From Candidatus Eiseniibacteriota bacterium (GTDB lineage: Bacteria > Arandabacterota > Arandabacteria > Arandabacterales > Arandabacteraceae), in assembly GCA_043810925.1 (NCBI GenBank), contig JBDRNT010000170.1, positions 1-50,684 of the forward strand: 50,684 nt of DNA, written 5' to 3'. A model generated the notes under the pieces. It saw nothing but the letters and a program-made list of their open reading frames with translations. It was not told the DNA's origin and did no database searches. Of the stretch, positions 11,601 through 20,404 are shown piece after piece. The translations under genes were made by a program, and so were the position numbers. The stretch's first letter is position 1. Each line of letters starts with the position of its first letter.

Positions 11601-11815
11601 ACCCAGGCATGGGCGACGTTATCGGTCAGGTAAAACTCCTTGCGGAAGTAGCTACGCGGAGTATCGGGACCCTGGAACCTGATCCACTGCCCACTCCAGT
11701 CAGGCGTGTAAAACGGGGTCCGCCGCACACCTGTGCTCTCGTAGAGAAAGTAGCCCCAGAGCAGGCTGAAAAGGAAGATCACCCACACGTATTTCGGTAA
11801 CCTAAGACCGCTCAT
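8624..11815 (-). CDS. GT-C (ArnT/PMT-like) glycosyltransferase fused to two N-terminal rhamnosidase-N-like sugar-binding domains
   Basis: Two W-I...YFRK.F...AW..I.AD..Y.L..NG modules; then many TM helices with GYHSDE, GPAYHYL, RLSSALFG, RSLRFYQ. Confidence 0.82.
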   Translation of the reverse strand: MSGLRLPKYVWVIFLFSLLWGYFLYESTGVRRTPFYTPDWSGQWIRFQGPDTPRSYFRKEFYLTDNVAHAWVQISADNDYILYLNGDRVGWEENLLSNTSPCQEAQSERGQKIGRQIPFPIRNPPEAQWRSPRDWTIATFYDITSLLKVGKNVLGVAVQTDRSSARFVLDGEVEDILGETYPLSSDSTWKASSLPETELGLPWHQLEFTDTRWTYALPVDGPRGKIVTRLDPEMYRRPLAGEWIWNPLAPGIDSYFRKRFVVDSEIEDAWIRIAADGSYDLFINGVLAARAGVDHPVFMYSVGPLLRRGPNTIAVHARGAEEHVSSAGARSAPSELLLDGLVRTKEGTALTIATDASWETSQSVKYGWTQQKERGSFESFAASRGKPSLDFLETVTKKYAGSALTGMGYYKRLAMYWLICLGGFLLVWLAFSAYLSRRAEVGILEAMKAAVICYWIPIVLMACVLLLKFRFGVNHHKILFYTPALWQTVTVVSILAMLLFKAYLVFGTRIGRQAKPSRIDRSTIGPSNPGVITDLWTFILDHRYGVMLALIMLMGAYLRLKGLGTEGYHSDESSSLTPIMGIIKTGLPEYPSGVYYTRGPAYHYLAAVFIKVLGLTRFTGRLSSALFGILTIPLLYRYGERFLGDRKAPLLAAFLLAVSPWAIFMGRSLRFYQQFQFFGLLCAYLFIKGFVVDTNRRYQYLALGAFTLTFLSQEVGVTLIAAFFLSYLFFAPRTSWREKFPVIAGLFIVGALVITNIMIFMLVCLTPPVAISPTSMSVVTPHIYRIYELALTMFVGYNRLHVILSFFFLLGLPLYFLKKDKIVLFTYGLVLVTIAAVTVAVLQIGLRYISEIYTFYSLLACVSIFGIIREISAFHRDGGAPLPSVLRAVPFLQKSMLGIIVGTLLISFQPMRIIQSYSSRINRGDTFAQEFVKQHMFPTDIVIAGHHPGAVANITGKVDYYLLQKGLADEIFKKEGIMIDRRGGATIVDSIDKLRTVFNENERAWIIISDLRLKAFDADLVDFITKNTKVVYQPFLCTVFLWDAGNGVYDAPQHLGYERYYFD

Positions 11816-11828
11816 ATCTCAGTCTCCG

Positions 11829-13181
11829 TCAATCCCATTCCATGAGGGTCACCGCCTGCCGGGAAACCTCAAGTGCCCGTTGATACTCTCCCTGTTCATA
11901 GTGACACCAGCTGATGCGGAAATAGCACTGGCTGGTCACGATTACCGCGGGGAGCTGATAAAAAGCCTGTAGCGCGATCACCCGTCTCATGGCTGCTATA
12001 GCAAGATCGTAGTTACGAAGCCAGATGTGGCACGAGCCGAGTTCATAGAGCGCATGCATGTTATCCGGGTCTACCTCAAGCACCTTCTCAAAGGCCATCC
12101 GGGCCGAGGCGTATTGCCGGTGGTTGTAATCCTCGATACCCATATTGAGCAGGGTAGCTATAAGGCTCGACCGGGCGATAGGATGATCGGGTCTTATCTC
12201 AAGTGCTTTTCGGTATTGGATCTCGGCCCGGTCAAGCAATCCCTCATGGAAGTACTGGTCCCCGATGTAGTTGTAGAAGTCGGACTCGCCGTCCATCGAG
12301 GTATGGTAGTAGATCGCTCCCAAAGCTGTGTGGAATCCGGAGTTATCATCAAATGGCGGAGCCCACCTGACAGTCTGGCGATATGACTTGATGGCCTTCT
12401 GGTAGAGCCCCTGTGCCGCATAGTCTCTCGCCCGGTAAAGATGGTAGTTGGCCACCACGACGCGGCCGACCAGTACTGCCCCCAGCAAGGCCGCGACAGT
12501 GAGCCCGATGGCTGCACGCTTCCTCGACGGGCGAGGCCGAGGCACCTTTCCGGGCAGGTAGTATCCGATGATCAGGAACACACCTGCCCCCAACGCCAGA
12601 GCCCAGCCCATTCCAATGAACTGAAGGAACCGGTCGCCCAGGCCGAGCCCGTCAAGCCAGCGCGCCACGTTCGACAGCTGGAGGAAGTCCCTGTCGGGTA
12701 TGATAAATCCGAACACTCTGATTGTGTGCCCTACCGGGGTCAGCCTGACGGTTGGATCCCAGGGTATTTCCTTGTTGAGGTAGTTGTTGTAAATCTCTGA
12801 ATCAAGATCCGCAGCCTGCTTCACCATGAGTGCTGTTTTCATTGAAGACGGGGGATCCCACATCAGGAGCGCGTGAGGGAATAGCAGTGTCAGCACCAGG
12901 GCACATAAGCCGACCAGGCGAAAACTGATTCGTTTCCGGCTTACGACCATTGCGGCCGTTGCCAGACCAAGCAGGCCGATCAGTATCCGGAAAGGCATCT
13001 GTATGAATGGTTCGACCTTTCCGAGGAAAGGTAGAGAGCGCTCGCCAGGTTGCGGTCCCGGCAAGCCGTACCAGCTCAAGGCTGCGCTTCCGAAGAGGAA
13101 TAAGACACCGAGGGCTATGACGACTGTTTTTCTATCGGTGAGATCAGCAAACGAAAGCATCCGACTCTTCCCGCCCGACAC
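11829..13181 (-). CDS. Polytopic membrane protein with C-terminal TPRs
   Basis: About 5 hydrophobic segments followed by TPRs (YRKALEIRPDH, FEKVLEVDPDN). Confidence 0.8.
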   Translation of the reverse strand: MSGGKSRMLSFADLTDRKTVVIALGVLFLFGSAALSWYGLPGPQPGERSLPFLGKVEPFIQMPFRILIGLLGLATAAMVVSRKRISFRLVGLCALVLTLLFPHALLMWDPPSSMKTALMVKQAADLDSEIYNNYLNKEIPWDPTVRLTPVGHTIRVFGFIIPDRDFLQLSNVARWLDGLGLGDRFLQFIGMGWALALGAGVFLIIGYYLPGKVPRPRPSRKRAAIGLTVAALLGAVLVGRVVVANYHLYRARDYAAQGLYQKAIKSYRQTVRWAPPFDDNSGFHTALGAIYYHTSMDGESDFYNYIGDQYFHEGLLDRAEIQYRKALEIRPDHPIARSSLIATLLNMGIEDYNHRQYASARMAFEKVLEVDPDNMHALYELGSCHIWLRNYDLAIAAMRRVIALQAFYQLPAVIVTSQCYFRISWCHYEQGEYQRALEVSRQAVTLMEWD

Positions 13182-13209
13182 CTGCTCTGCCTATCGGTTT
13201 CAAATGCTG

Positions 13210-14328
13210 CTATCCCCTGCCTTGCCTGTAAAGTTCAAGGGCGAAATCATAAACCTTATCCGCGAGAGTCCTTACCTGCTCGTCATCGCTTACGTATGAC
13301 CAGTAGACCAGGGCCATCAAGACCTCAGGGTAATTCACCTCTTTGCGCTTCCCCCTCCATACCTCGCCGTCTGGCCCCGTTCGAGCATTGCCATCGGTGA
13401 TCACCTCACCGTCCGCTGTGATTCTCGACAATTCCCACTCCCATCCGAGTTCAAGCGCCGGCTGGAGCCGTCCGTTGAGTTCCTCGTCGCGGGAGTAGAT
13501 GAGATATATCATCAGGTGCCACAGCGTCACGGCCTGGTAGCTACTGTCGTAACCGCCGGCCTCCGGAAATACCCCGTTCTCCCATTGGTTGGACAGGATA
13601 ATCTCGATGAATTCCTTGCCCCGCTGAGTCCAGTCCCCGTTCTCTGCGATCAGACCCATCAGTCCGAAAGCGACAGCGGTGCCGGCGACGGCATTCAAGT
13701 AGTCCGGGGCGTGCTCCCAGTCGGTGCTGAATTCCTCATCCTTCGTTGCTACCAGCCACCCGGTAGCGGCCTTCATCCCATCCAGATGTTGCTCGATCTC
13801 CGGAAGGTAGTCATCCCTGTACTTGCTGTCTTTGATCAAAGCGTAGGAGCGAACCGCGGATTCAAGAAAACCTATCGTCTCAAACCACCGGGACTCGCCG
13901 AAATTCCCCGCCGCTTCCTGGTGGGCAAAGGCGTAGTCTATGGCCTTGAGTCCGCTCTCGATGTAGCCAACGTCATCCTCGGCGATGCCTCTGGCGGTCG
14001 CCTGCCAGCAGTGACGCTGATCGGCCACGTCAAACCTCGTCACCTGTCCGGGTTGGCCGCTTTCATATGCGACATTGGTACCCGACGCGCCACTCTCGGC
14101 GATCATCCTCGGGGTTGCCATGTAGCCGAGGACGGTCGTCGCCAGTGGGTCCTTGATGATCTCTACCGGGGACAGGGTTACGTCCCCGCCATTATCATCC
14201 CCGGGGCCGTCAACACCGCCGCCTGTGCTGTGTTTCGCGTCTTGTCCCGGCGGCGCCTGATTACATGCCAGGAGCAGACCTAAAAATAAGAATACGCATG
14301 CTATTACCGCGACTGTAACTCTTGTCAC
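13210..14328 (-). CDS. Lipoprotein, helical enzyme paralogous to 2753-4180
   Basis: GGAGG RBS and GTG start; lipobox LLAC; G/D-rich linker; shared GGYDSSYQA and RTG...EVNYPEV motifs. Confidence 0.8.
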   Translation of the reverse strand: MTRVTVAVIACVFLFLGLLLACNQAPPGQDAKHSTGGGVDGPGDDNGGDVTLSPVEIIKDPLATTVLGYMATPRMIAESGASGTNVAYESGQPGQVTRFDVADQRHCWQATARGIAEDDVGYIESGLKAIDYAFAHQEAAGNFGESRWFETIGFLESAVRSYALIKDSKYRDDYLPEIEQHLDGMKAATGWLVATKDEEFSTDWEHAPDYLNAVAGTAVAFGLMGLIAENGDWTQRGKEFIEIILSNQWENGVFPEAGGYDSSYQAVTLWHLMIYLIYSRDEELNGRLQPALELGWEWELSRITADGEVITDGNARTGPDGEVWRGKRKEVNYPEVLMALVYWSYVSDDEQVRTLADKVYDFALELYRQGRG

Positions 14329-14378
14329 ATTGCCACCTCCTGTTATCTACACACCACCGTTCGCATGGTCCTCAACCT

Positions 14379-15449
14379 TCAATCAAGAATCTCGACTTCG
14401 CGCCCATCATCCAGGTCTTCATGACCCTCAACAACGACGCGATCACCGGCTTCAAGACCGGATATTATCGCCATCTTGCGGTCACTCGAACCACCGAAAA
14501 CCACCGGCCGCAGACGGGCAACCTGACCTTCAACCACAAAGACCAGTCCGTGGTTCGCCGAGAAATACGTCAGAGCAGATAGAGGTATCACCAGCGCGGG
14601 CTGAACGACCTTCACCTTCACGTAGCCGCTGAGACCGGGGACCAGGTTCACCGAATCAGCCAGGCCCACCCATATCGGGAAACCGGTGATCAGAGGTTCG
14701 TCGGTTATGGCCGGATTTATCTTGTTTATCTGTCCGTTGAATGTCCTGTCGGGAAACGCTCCAAGCGTGACCTCGCATGGCTGTCCCTGACGGAGTTTTC
14801 CCGTTTCCTCCTCATCGATGTATGCAGTAAAGGAAATCTCGCGGGTACCGATCGTGAACAACACCTGTCCGGCTTCACCCACCATCTCCCCCTGGTTTAC
14901 ATAGCGCGCGCTGACAACGCCCTTGATGGGAGCCGAGATCGAGGTGTTGTACAATTCCATCCTGCGTATGTCCACATCTATCTTGGCAAGCTCCAGCCTG
15001 CCTTCGGCACTGACGAGTGCTCTTCTGGCCTCTTCCACGTCTTCCTGGGTTCCAATTCCCCTGATGAACGAGTCTTCCTGCCGCCTGAGCGTAGTCAGGG
15101 CGTCGTCGTAAGTTCTCTGGGCGTTGTCCCGTTCCGCTATGGCCTTGGCCATCTGGTCGGAGTAGGTCGTCCGGTCAAGCTGGGCGAGAAGGTCGCCCTT
15201 CTGAACCACATCACCCACATCGACCTTCACGGAAACGATCCTCGCTGCGAGGTTTGTGGCTATGTCGATCTTCTCCACGGGTTCGGTGTTGCCCTTTGCC
15301 ACAATCATCTCGGTTATTTCACCAAACTCAGCCCGAGCCACTGTGACACTGACCGGTCCGCCATGGCTGAGGATTCTCGGGATAACTACCGCAGCGATAA
15401 CAAGGATCGCGGCCAGGGCAAACATCAAGATTATTGTCTTCCTTCTCAT
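14379..15449 (-). CDS. RND/ABC efflux periplasmic adaptor (MFP) subunit
   Basis: N-terminal TM; VDVGDVVQKGDLLAQLD, ISAPIKGVV, GLEAGDRVVVEG. Confidence 0.92.
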   Translation of the reverse strand: MRRKTIILMFALAAILVIAAVVIPRILSHGGPVSVTVARAEFGEITEMIVAKGNTEPVEKIDIATNLAARIVSVKVDVGDVVQKGDLLAQLDRTTYSDQMAKAIAERDNAQRTYDDALTTLRRQEDSFIRGIGTQEDVEEARRALVSAEGRLELAKIDVDIRRMELYNTSISAPIKGVVSARYVNQGEMVGEAGQVLFTIGTREISFTAYIDEEETGKLRQGQPCEVTLGAFPDRTFNGQINKINPAITDEPLITGFPIWVGLADSVNLVPGLSGYVKVKVVQPALVIPLSALTYFSANHGLVFVVEGQVARLRPVVFGGSSDRKMAIISGLEAGDRVVVEGHEDLDDGREVEILD

Positions 15450-15472
15450 AAGCCTCCCCTAAGAAGTAACAG

Positions 15473-16405
15473 CTACAGCTTCACCCTCAAGACGGTGCGC
15501 GCGATCAGCAGGCAGACCAGCTCGCTTAATATCATCCAGATACGCGACGCCAGCGAAATCACCGCCGCAACACCGACGGGCAGGTAGTAAGCCAACATTA
15601 CGGTCGTGACAGATTCCTTGACACCAATCCCGCCCGGTGCGACAAATGCAAGGAAACTTACGATCCAGGACGTTGCGAAGATCACTATGCAGCCGGGCAG
15701 AACACTCAAGGGTACGTGCGAGAATGAGATCACAAAGAAGTAAAACCCGAGGCCCGCCACGCACCAGTAGACGACATAGTACAGCAAAATCCAGGACATG
15801 TCCCTCCGTTCGATCTGGTAAGGCGGGATGTCCTTGAGAAACCCTTCTTTGCCGAATTTCCTGAGGATATATCTCCACAACCTATTATCATACATCTTGG
15901 TCACCGTGTTGGGGTAGACAAATATCAATATGATAAATGCGACCGGCGGCACAAGATAGAACAGAGGGTAGCCCGTCACAAGGCGAGTGGGCCACCAGTA
16001 GAAGAAACCGAACATCGTAATTACGCCGGCGACCATGTTGAGCACCAGTGCCAGCAATGCACTCAGCGCAACAGTCGTCTTGGGAACCCCGCGTGTGAGG
16101 TAAAACATCGATGCAACGCTCCAAACGTTGCCCGGGAGCCACCGGGTGATCTGGGCGTGAAACCAGATAGATATAACCCGCTTCATCTCGATTTCAGCGC
16201 CGAGGTGTTTGAGTATCAGACCCCAACCGATCGCCAGCAGGAAGAACCCTGCGATTGAAATACCGAACGAGATGGCGAGCAAGCTATAATCAAGAGTGAA
16301 ATCGTAGTCCTTTATCTGGTTCCAGTTCCTGTAGATGATGGAACCGAGAATCACCATTATCAGGGTTACGATCACGATCACTACAGGCTTCTTGCTAATC
16401 TTCAT
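15473..16405 (-). CDS. LPG-synthase-TM / UPF0104 flippase-like membrane protein
   Basis: About 8 TM helices; RWLPGNVW, APGGIGVKE, SRIW; ATG of MKISKK preferred as start. Confidence 0.85.
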   Translation of the reverse strand: MKISKKPVVIVIVTLIMVILGSIIYRNWNQIKDYDFTLDYSLLAISFGISIAGFFLLAIGWGLILKHLGAEIEMKRVISIWFHAQITRWLPGNVWSVASMFYLTRGVPKTTVALSALLALVLNMVAGVITMFGFFYWWPTRLVTGYPLFYLVPPVAFIILIFVYPNTVTKMYDNRLWRYILRKFGKEGFLKDIPPYQIERRDMSWILLYYVVYWCVAGLGFYFFVISFSHVPLSVLPGCIVIFATSWIVSFLAFVAPGGIGVKESVTTVMLAYYLPVGVAAVISLASRIWMILSELVCLLIARTVLRVKL

Positions 16406-16424
16406 CGGTCTACCCAACTAACCT

Positions 16425-17615
16425 TCAGGCCAGTACCTGCTCGTAGATGTCACGCAGTTGATCCGCGAGCTTATCCCAGTCGTACTTTTCCTTGATGAAC
16501 TTGTTACCATCCTCCGCCAGGCGCAAAGCCAGCTCGTCGTTCGTCAATACCTCGACAACGGCTGCGGCCAGTGCGGCAGGGTCCTTCTCGGGTACCAGCA
16601 TACCCGTTTCTCTATGTTTCACAATGTCTATGATCCCTCCGACCCTGCTGGCAATGACCGGCGTATTATATGCGAGGGCCTCAATCAGGACGACTCCCAG
16701 GCCCTCGGTGTCCCCCTTTGAATCGACGATGGAGGGCAGCACAAATACGTCAGCCTCGCGGTATCTTCTGTTCAGTTCTTCATTGGAAACCACCCCGTCG
16801 AATCTGATATGTTGCTCCACCCCGAGGTCTCCAGCCAGATGTCGGAGCTCCCCCTCGAGATCGCCCGTCCCCACGAGAATCAGCTCGCTGTCAACCTTGC
16901 CGACGATCTCCGGCATTGCTTTGATCAAGTATTCGGTGCCCTTGCGCTCAACGAATCTCCCTACAAAGAGGATCTGCTTTTTCGGGTTATCTTTCTTTTC
17001 ATGTTTTCTCTTTACGGCGCTCTGGATTCCCCCCACGGCCGGTCCGAATCCGACAATGTTCACCGTTGTGTCCGTGATCTCGAGGATCTTCGACCTGGTG
17101 AAGGACGAGTTCGATGTTATTCCGTCCGCATGATTGATCGCATGCTTGAGGAAGTGCCTCACAAATGGGTAGGTCCTGACAAGCAGTAGCTCTGCGCCAT
17201 GAAAAGTCAGTACGGTCCTGGCCTTGAATAGCCTGGATGCGAAGTAAGCCCATATCGCATGAGGGAACGGCCACTGAACATGCAGGATATCGAACTTCTC
17301 CTTACGGCAGTATCTGAGGAAGTGAATCAAACCGAAAAACACATAGAAGATCGCGATGAATCTGTAGCGGGCTTCTCTGATTTTGTAGGGTGCACCCTGG
17401 TCGTGGGTGAGATCCTCGTGGTTCTTGAAAAAGTAGCGGAACCTCCGGGCCTCGATCGAGTGGATATACTGGTCCTTCAAGCCCTTAAACGAGGGGCAGA
17501 ACACCTTGATATCGACTCCCCTTGCCTGGAGGCGATGGATGATCTCAATGATCCAGGAGGCGGTGGGGTCGGTCTCCCCCCTGGGGAATACCGAGGTAAT
17601 AAAACAGACTTTCAC
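16425..17615 (-). CDS. GT4 glycosyltransferase
   Basis: FVGRFVERKG, ADVFVLPS, TEGLGVVLIEALA, SRVGGIIDIV. Confidence 0.95.
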   Translation of the reverse strand: MKVCFITSVFPRGETDPTASWIIEIIHRLQARGVDIKVFCPSFKGLKDQYIHSIEARRFRYFFKNHEDLTHDQGAPYKIREARYRFIAIFYVFFGLIHFLRYCRKEKFDILHVQWPFPHAIWAYFASRLFKARTVLTFHGAELLLVRTYPFVRHFLKHAINHADGITSNSSFTRSKILEITDTTVNIVGFGPAVGGIQSAVKRKHEKKDNPKKQILFVGRFVERKGTEYLIKAMPEIVGKVDSELILVGTGDLEGELRHLAGDLGVEQHIRFDGVVSNEELNRRYREADVFVLPSIVDSKGDTEGLGVVLIEALAYNTPVIASRVGGIIDIVKHRETGMLVPEKDPAALAAAVVEVLTNDELALRLAEDGNKFIKEKYDWDKLADQLRDIYEQVLA

Positions 17616-17632
17616 GGCTAGTCACCCATCCC

Positions 17633-18595
17633 TTATCTTCCCGATTCCTTGTCCGGCCGACTCTCTCCCAGCCGCTCCTCGATCTCCTCTATTCTCTGCT
17701 GGCCGCTCACGATCAACTCGGACAGGCAACCCAGCATCAGAAGTATCACTCCGAAGAGGGCAAGCACCAGTGCCACCAGGAGTACCGGCAGCTTGTTGGC
17801 GCCGAGAGCGAGGTAAAGATAGAGGAGATAAAGACCCATAGCGAGTCCGATACCGATGAATATCACACCCACGGAACCGAAGAAGAACATGGGTTTCTTG
17901 GTAAAGACCAGAAGGAACTTCACCGCCAGGAGATCGAAGAACGATATTGCAGCCCTTGAGAATCCAAACTTGGACTTACCGGCTCTTCTCGGGTACCAGT
18001 TGGTCTGGACCTCTCCGATCTTATAACCTGCAGCGGCCATGACCGGAAGCATGTATCGATGCCAGTCCGATCGGAAGTGGAGGTTCTCAAAGACCCCCGT
18101 CTTGGCGGCCTTGATCCAGTTCATGTCATGCGCCGGGACGCGGAAGAGCCACCGCGAGACCGTATTGTAGATCTTCGATGACAGGACTTTCCCATCTCCT
18201 CTGTCTTGACGCCACCCCGCGACCACATCGTATCCCTTTTCCATCTCTCTCAAGAGCTTGGGTATGTCCTCCTCAGGATCCGACTCGAGATCGGCCGGAA
18301 GCAAGATCACTATCTTCCCGGAGATGTTCTTAAGGCCTGTCTTCAGACATTCCGTGAGGCCACTCTTCTTACGGTGTTTAACTATCTTGATGCGATCGTG
18401 TTCCCTCCGGCAGCGTTCGAGAGCTGCCAGGGTGCCGTCGGTACTCCCATCATCTATGAAGACGATCTCACCCGTGACCGCACAGGTGTTGTAGGCTTTC
18501 AGCGTTTTATCCACAAACGTGGCGATATTTCCCTCTTCGTTGTGTACCGGGACAAGAGCAGAAACCTCTACGTTTGTCTGTGGTGTCTCATCCAT
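17633..18595 (-). CDS. GT2 polyprenol-phosphate glycosyltransferase (DPM1/ArnC-like)
   Basis: VPVHNEE, IDDGSTDGT, PADLESDP, DVVAGWR, two C-terminal TMs; ATG 18595 preferred to 18676. Confidence 0.92.
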   Translation of the reverse strand: MDETPQTNVEVSALVPVHNEEGNIATFVDKTLKAYNTCAVTGEIVFIDDGSTDGTLAALERCRREHDRIKIVKHRKKSGLTECLKTGLKNISGKIVILLPADLESDPEEDIPKLLREMEKGYDVVAGWRQDRGDGKVLSSKIYNTVSRWLFRVPAHDMNWIKAAKTGVFENLHFRSDWHRYMLPVMAAAGYKIGEVQTNWYPRRAGKSKFGFSRAAISFFDLLAVKFLLVFTKKPMFFFGSVGVIFIGIGLAMGLYLLYLYLALGANKLPVLLVALVLALFGVILLMLGCLSELIVSGQQRIEEIEERLGESRPDKESGR

Positions 18596-18880
18596 GCTTT
18601 GCCTGCGTACCATTACACCCGCTCCGTCTCGATGGACATAGGGGATGATAACGGCTACTTGTAATAAGCGGGCCAACCAGACTGCCCGTCGTGTGGTTCA
18701 TTGTCGGCGACCTTTTCGCTCAGCACTCTAACACATGAACGCTTCCATGTGAAGGGAATCTTCCCCTGATATGTTATTCGTCTAATTTGATGGCGGGCTT
18801 TAACTTACATCTTCCGTGGCCTCAAATGATCCCGTGTGGGAATCCTCTGTGGCGATGTGCAAGACCCGGTGGACCAGGCC

Positions 18881-19609
18881 TTAAATCCTGCGATGAGAGA
18901 CACGCTGAGGGAATCTGAAGACGTAATGGTAAAGCACAAGGCACACGAAATAGGGAATATACGCCCCCCAGAGGACATCAGAGAGGAAATGCCGTCCCTG
19001 GATAACCCTTGCCGCGCCCAGCAGCGAACCCAGGGTTATGGCTCCAATCAAGGCCCACGTCGCAAGTCCGGGCCGCCGGCCGCGCCAGATAAACCAGAAG
19101 ACGAGGAACGAAAACCCGATTGACGCATGCCCGCTCGCAAAGGAGTTGCCACCCCCTGGCGGGCCCTTTGCCAGCGGGGGCACGTAGTCACGACTGCCTC
19201 CGAATTCCTCAATGGAATCAGGGCGTGGACGTCCCCAGTGCTCCTTGAAGAGCTCATTGACGAGCAGGCCGGCACCAAGCGATGTACTGAGGAAGATGAA
19301 GAGGCCGTAGAGGAGCAGTTGCCTGCGGTGACGACCGGCGATTCCCACCGCGATCGCCGAAAGCGAGATGATGGCCAGGGTGATCGTGAGGTATCTATCC
19401 GACCTGTAGAGTATCTGCCAGAAGACAAACTCCCCGTGAATCCAGGGGTGACAGGGATTCCCCGGAACGAAGAAGAGACGTGAGACTCTGATATCGAGAT
19501 CGGTGAGCCAGAAGACCAGGGTGGTCACAAGAGCGACTCCGCCGAGAATCAAGAGTTCCCGGTACCTGCGTCGAGTACCCGGCGGTCCACCCGCGCCGTC
19601 ACGCTTCAC
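18881..19609 (-). CDS. PAP2-family membrane phosphatase (LpxF/LpxE-like or polyprenyl-PP phosphatase)
   Basis: KEHWGRPRP, SFASGH, ARVIQGRHFLSDV. Confidence 0.9.
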   Translation of the reverse strand: MKRDGAGGPPGTRRRYRELLILGGVALVTTLVFWLTDLDIRVSRLFFVPGNPCHPWIHGEFVFWQILYRSDRYLTITLAIISLSAIAVGIAGRHRRQLLLYGLFIFLSTSLGAGLLVNELFKEHWGRPRPDSIEEFGGSRDYVPPLAKGPPGGGNSFASGHASIGFSFLVFWFIWRGRRPGLATWALIGAITLGSLLGAARVIQGRHFLSDVLWGAYIPYFVCLVLYHYVFRFPQRVSHRRI

Positions 19610-19758
19610 TGCTACCCCGCGTTCTTCCGTTCCTTCAGATCAATCAGCCCCGCCTCACTCAAGAGATAATGTGGAGCTCAGGCGGGCCGCCTGTCAAGAT
19701 GATCGTGATCAAGAGGCACGACCGCGGGTGCCGGGGTTCAACCTGGGAGACAAACACC

Positions 19759-19935
19759 ATGGATGTACGCAAGCACAATCGCAAGGCCTGGAATCGCGAA
19801 AAGGAGGGTGATCCATTGTCACCCGCGCAGAGAAAAATGTTCCGGCAAAACCGGAATAGATTGACAGACTGCGTCCGTTGTGATACGAATATCGTTGCTG
19901 TGGCCACGAGTTCTTCATCCGGTTGGGATCTCTAA
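19759..19935 (+). pseudogene. Possible 5' remnant of a class I SAM methyltransferase
   Basis: GGGAGA RBS then MDVRKHNRKAWNRE, resembling a familiar methyltransferase N-terminus; similarity is lost after about 17 codons. Confidence 0.4.
19861..19889 (+). promoter_or_regulatory. Possible sigma70 promoter for the 19992-21481 cassette
   Basis: Perfect TTGACA, 17-nt spacer, weak -10 TACGAA with upstream TG. Confidence 0.35.
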
Positions 19936-19991
19936 ATCACTCATCGGGGTCGGTGCTTACGCTGTTTCTCAACCTGAAGGAGGCGATTTCG

Positions 19992-20402
19992 ATGGCCCAA
20001 AAGAAGTCGGCCAAGTGTGTTGTGCGCCGGATTACTGTCGACGAGAAGCTCTTCGAGGATCTCATCCGCTTGGAAGTCTGTAATCTTGTCGACGGAGTGG
20101 ACCTTTTCGAAGATGCGTCAAGATTCTGGCAGGAGGAGGACGAGGACGACGACGTGCTGGTCGGTCCCGACAACTACGCGGATGCGCTGGGCATCCCCGA
20201 ATCACTCCGCACGAAGTTTCCATGGAAGGATCTCAAGGAAGGCCAGGTCTTCCTGAGCGGATCGTTCGCAATGTCGGGAGACAAGAACAAGCCTCACACC
20301 TACATTGTCAAAAACGGCGCCAACGAGTTTCTCCGCATCGACGAGATCACACGAGAGGAAATCAAGGAGCTCTATTACCAGGCGATCAAGAGGAGTAGTT
20401 GA
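19992..20402 (+). CDS. Hypothetical acidic protein (136 aa)
   Basis: AAGGAGG RBS before ATG 19992; WQEEDEDDD tract; stop abuts the next gene. Confidence 0.75.
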   Translation: MAQKKSAKCVVRRITVDEKLFEDLIRLEVCNLVDGVDLFEDASRFWQEEDEDDDVLVGPDNYADALGIPESLRTKFPWKDLKEGQVFLSGSFAMSGDKNKPHTYIVKNGANEFLRIDEITREEIKELYYQAIKRSS

Positions 20403-20404
20403 AA

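Noticed and set aside
18770-18830. Weak sigma28/sigma70-like motifs upstream of the GT cluster
   Set aside because: Poor -10 matches and spacing
19720-19750. tRNA-like GGTTCAA T-loop
   Set aside because: No proper T-stem, cloverleaf or acceptor stem
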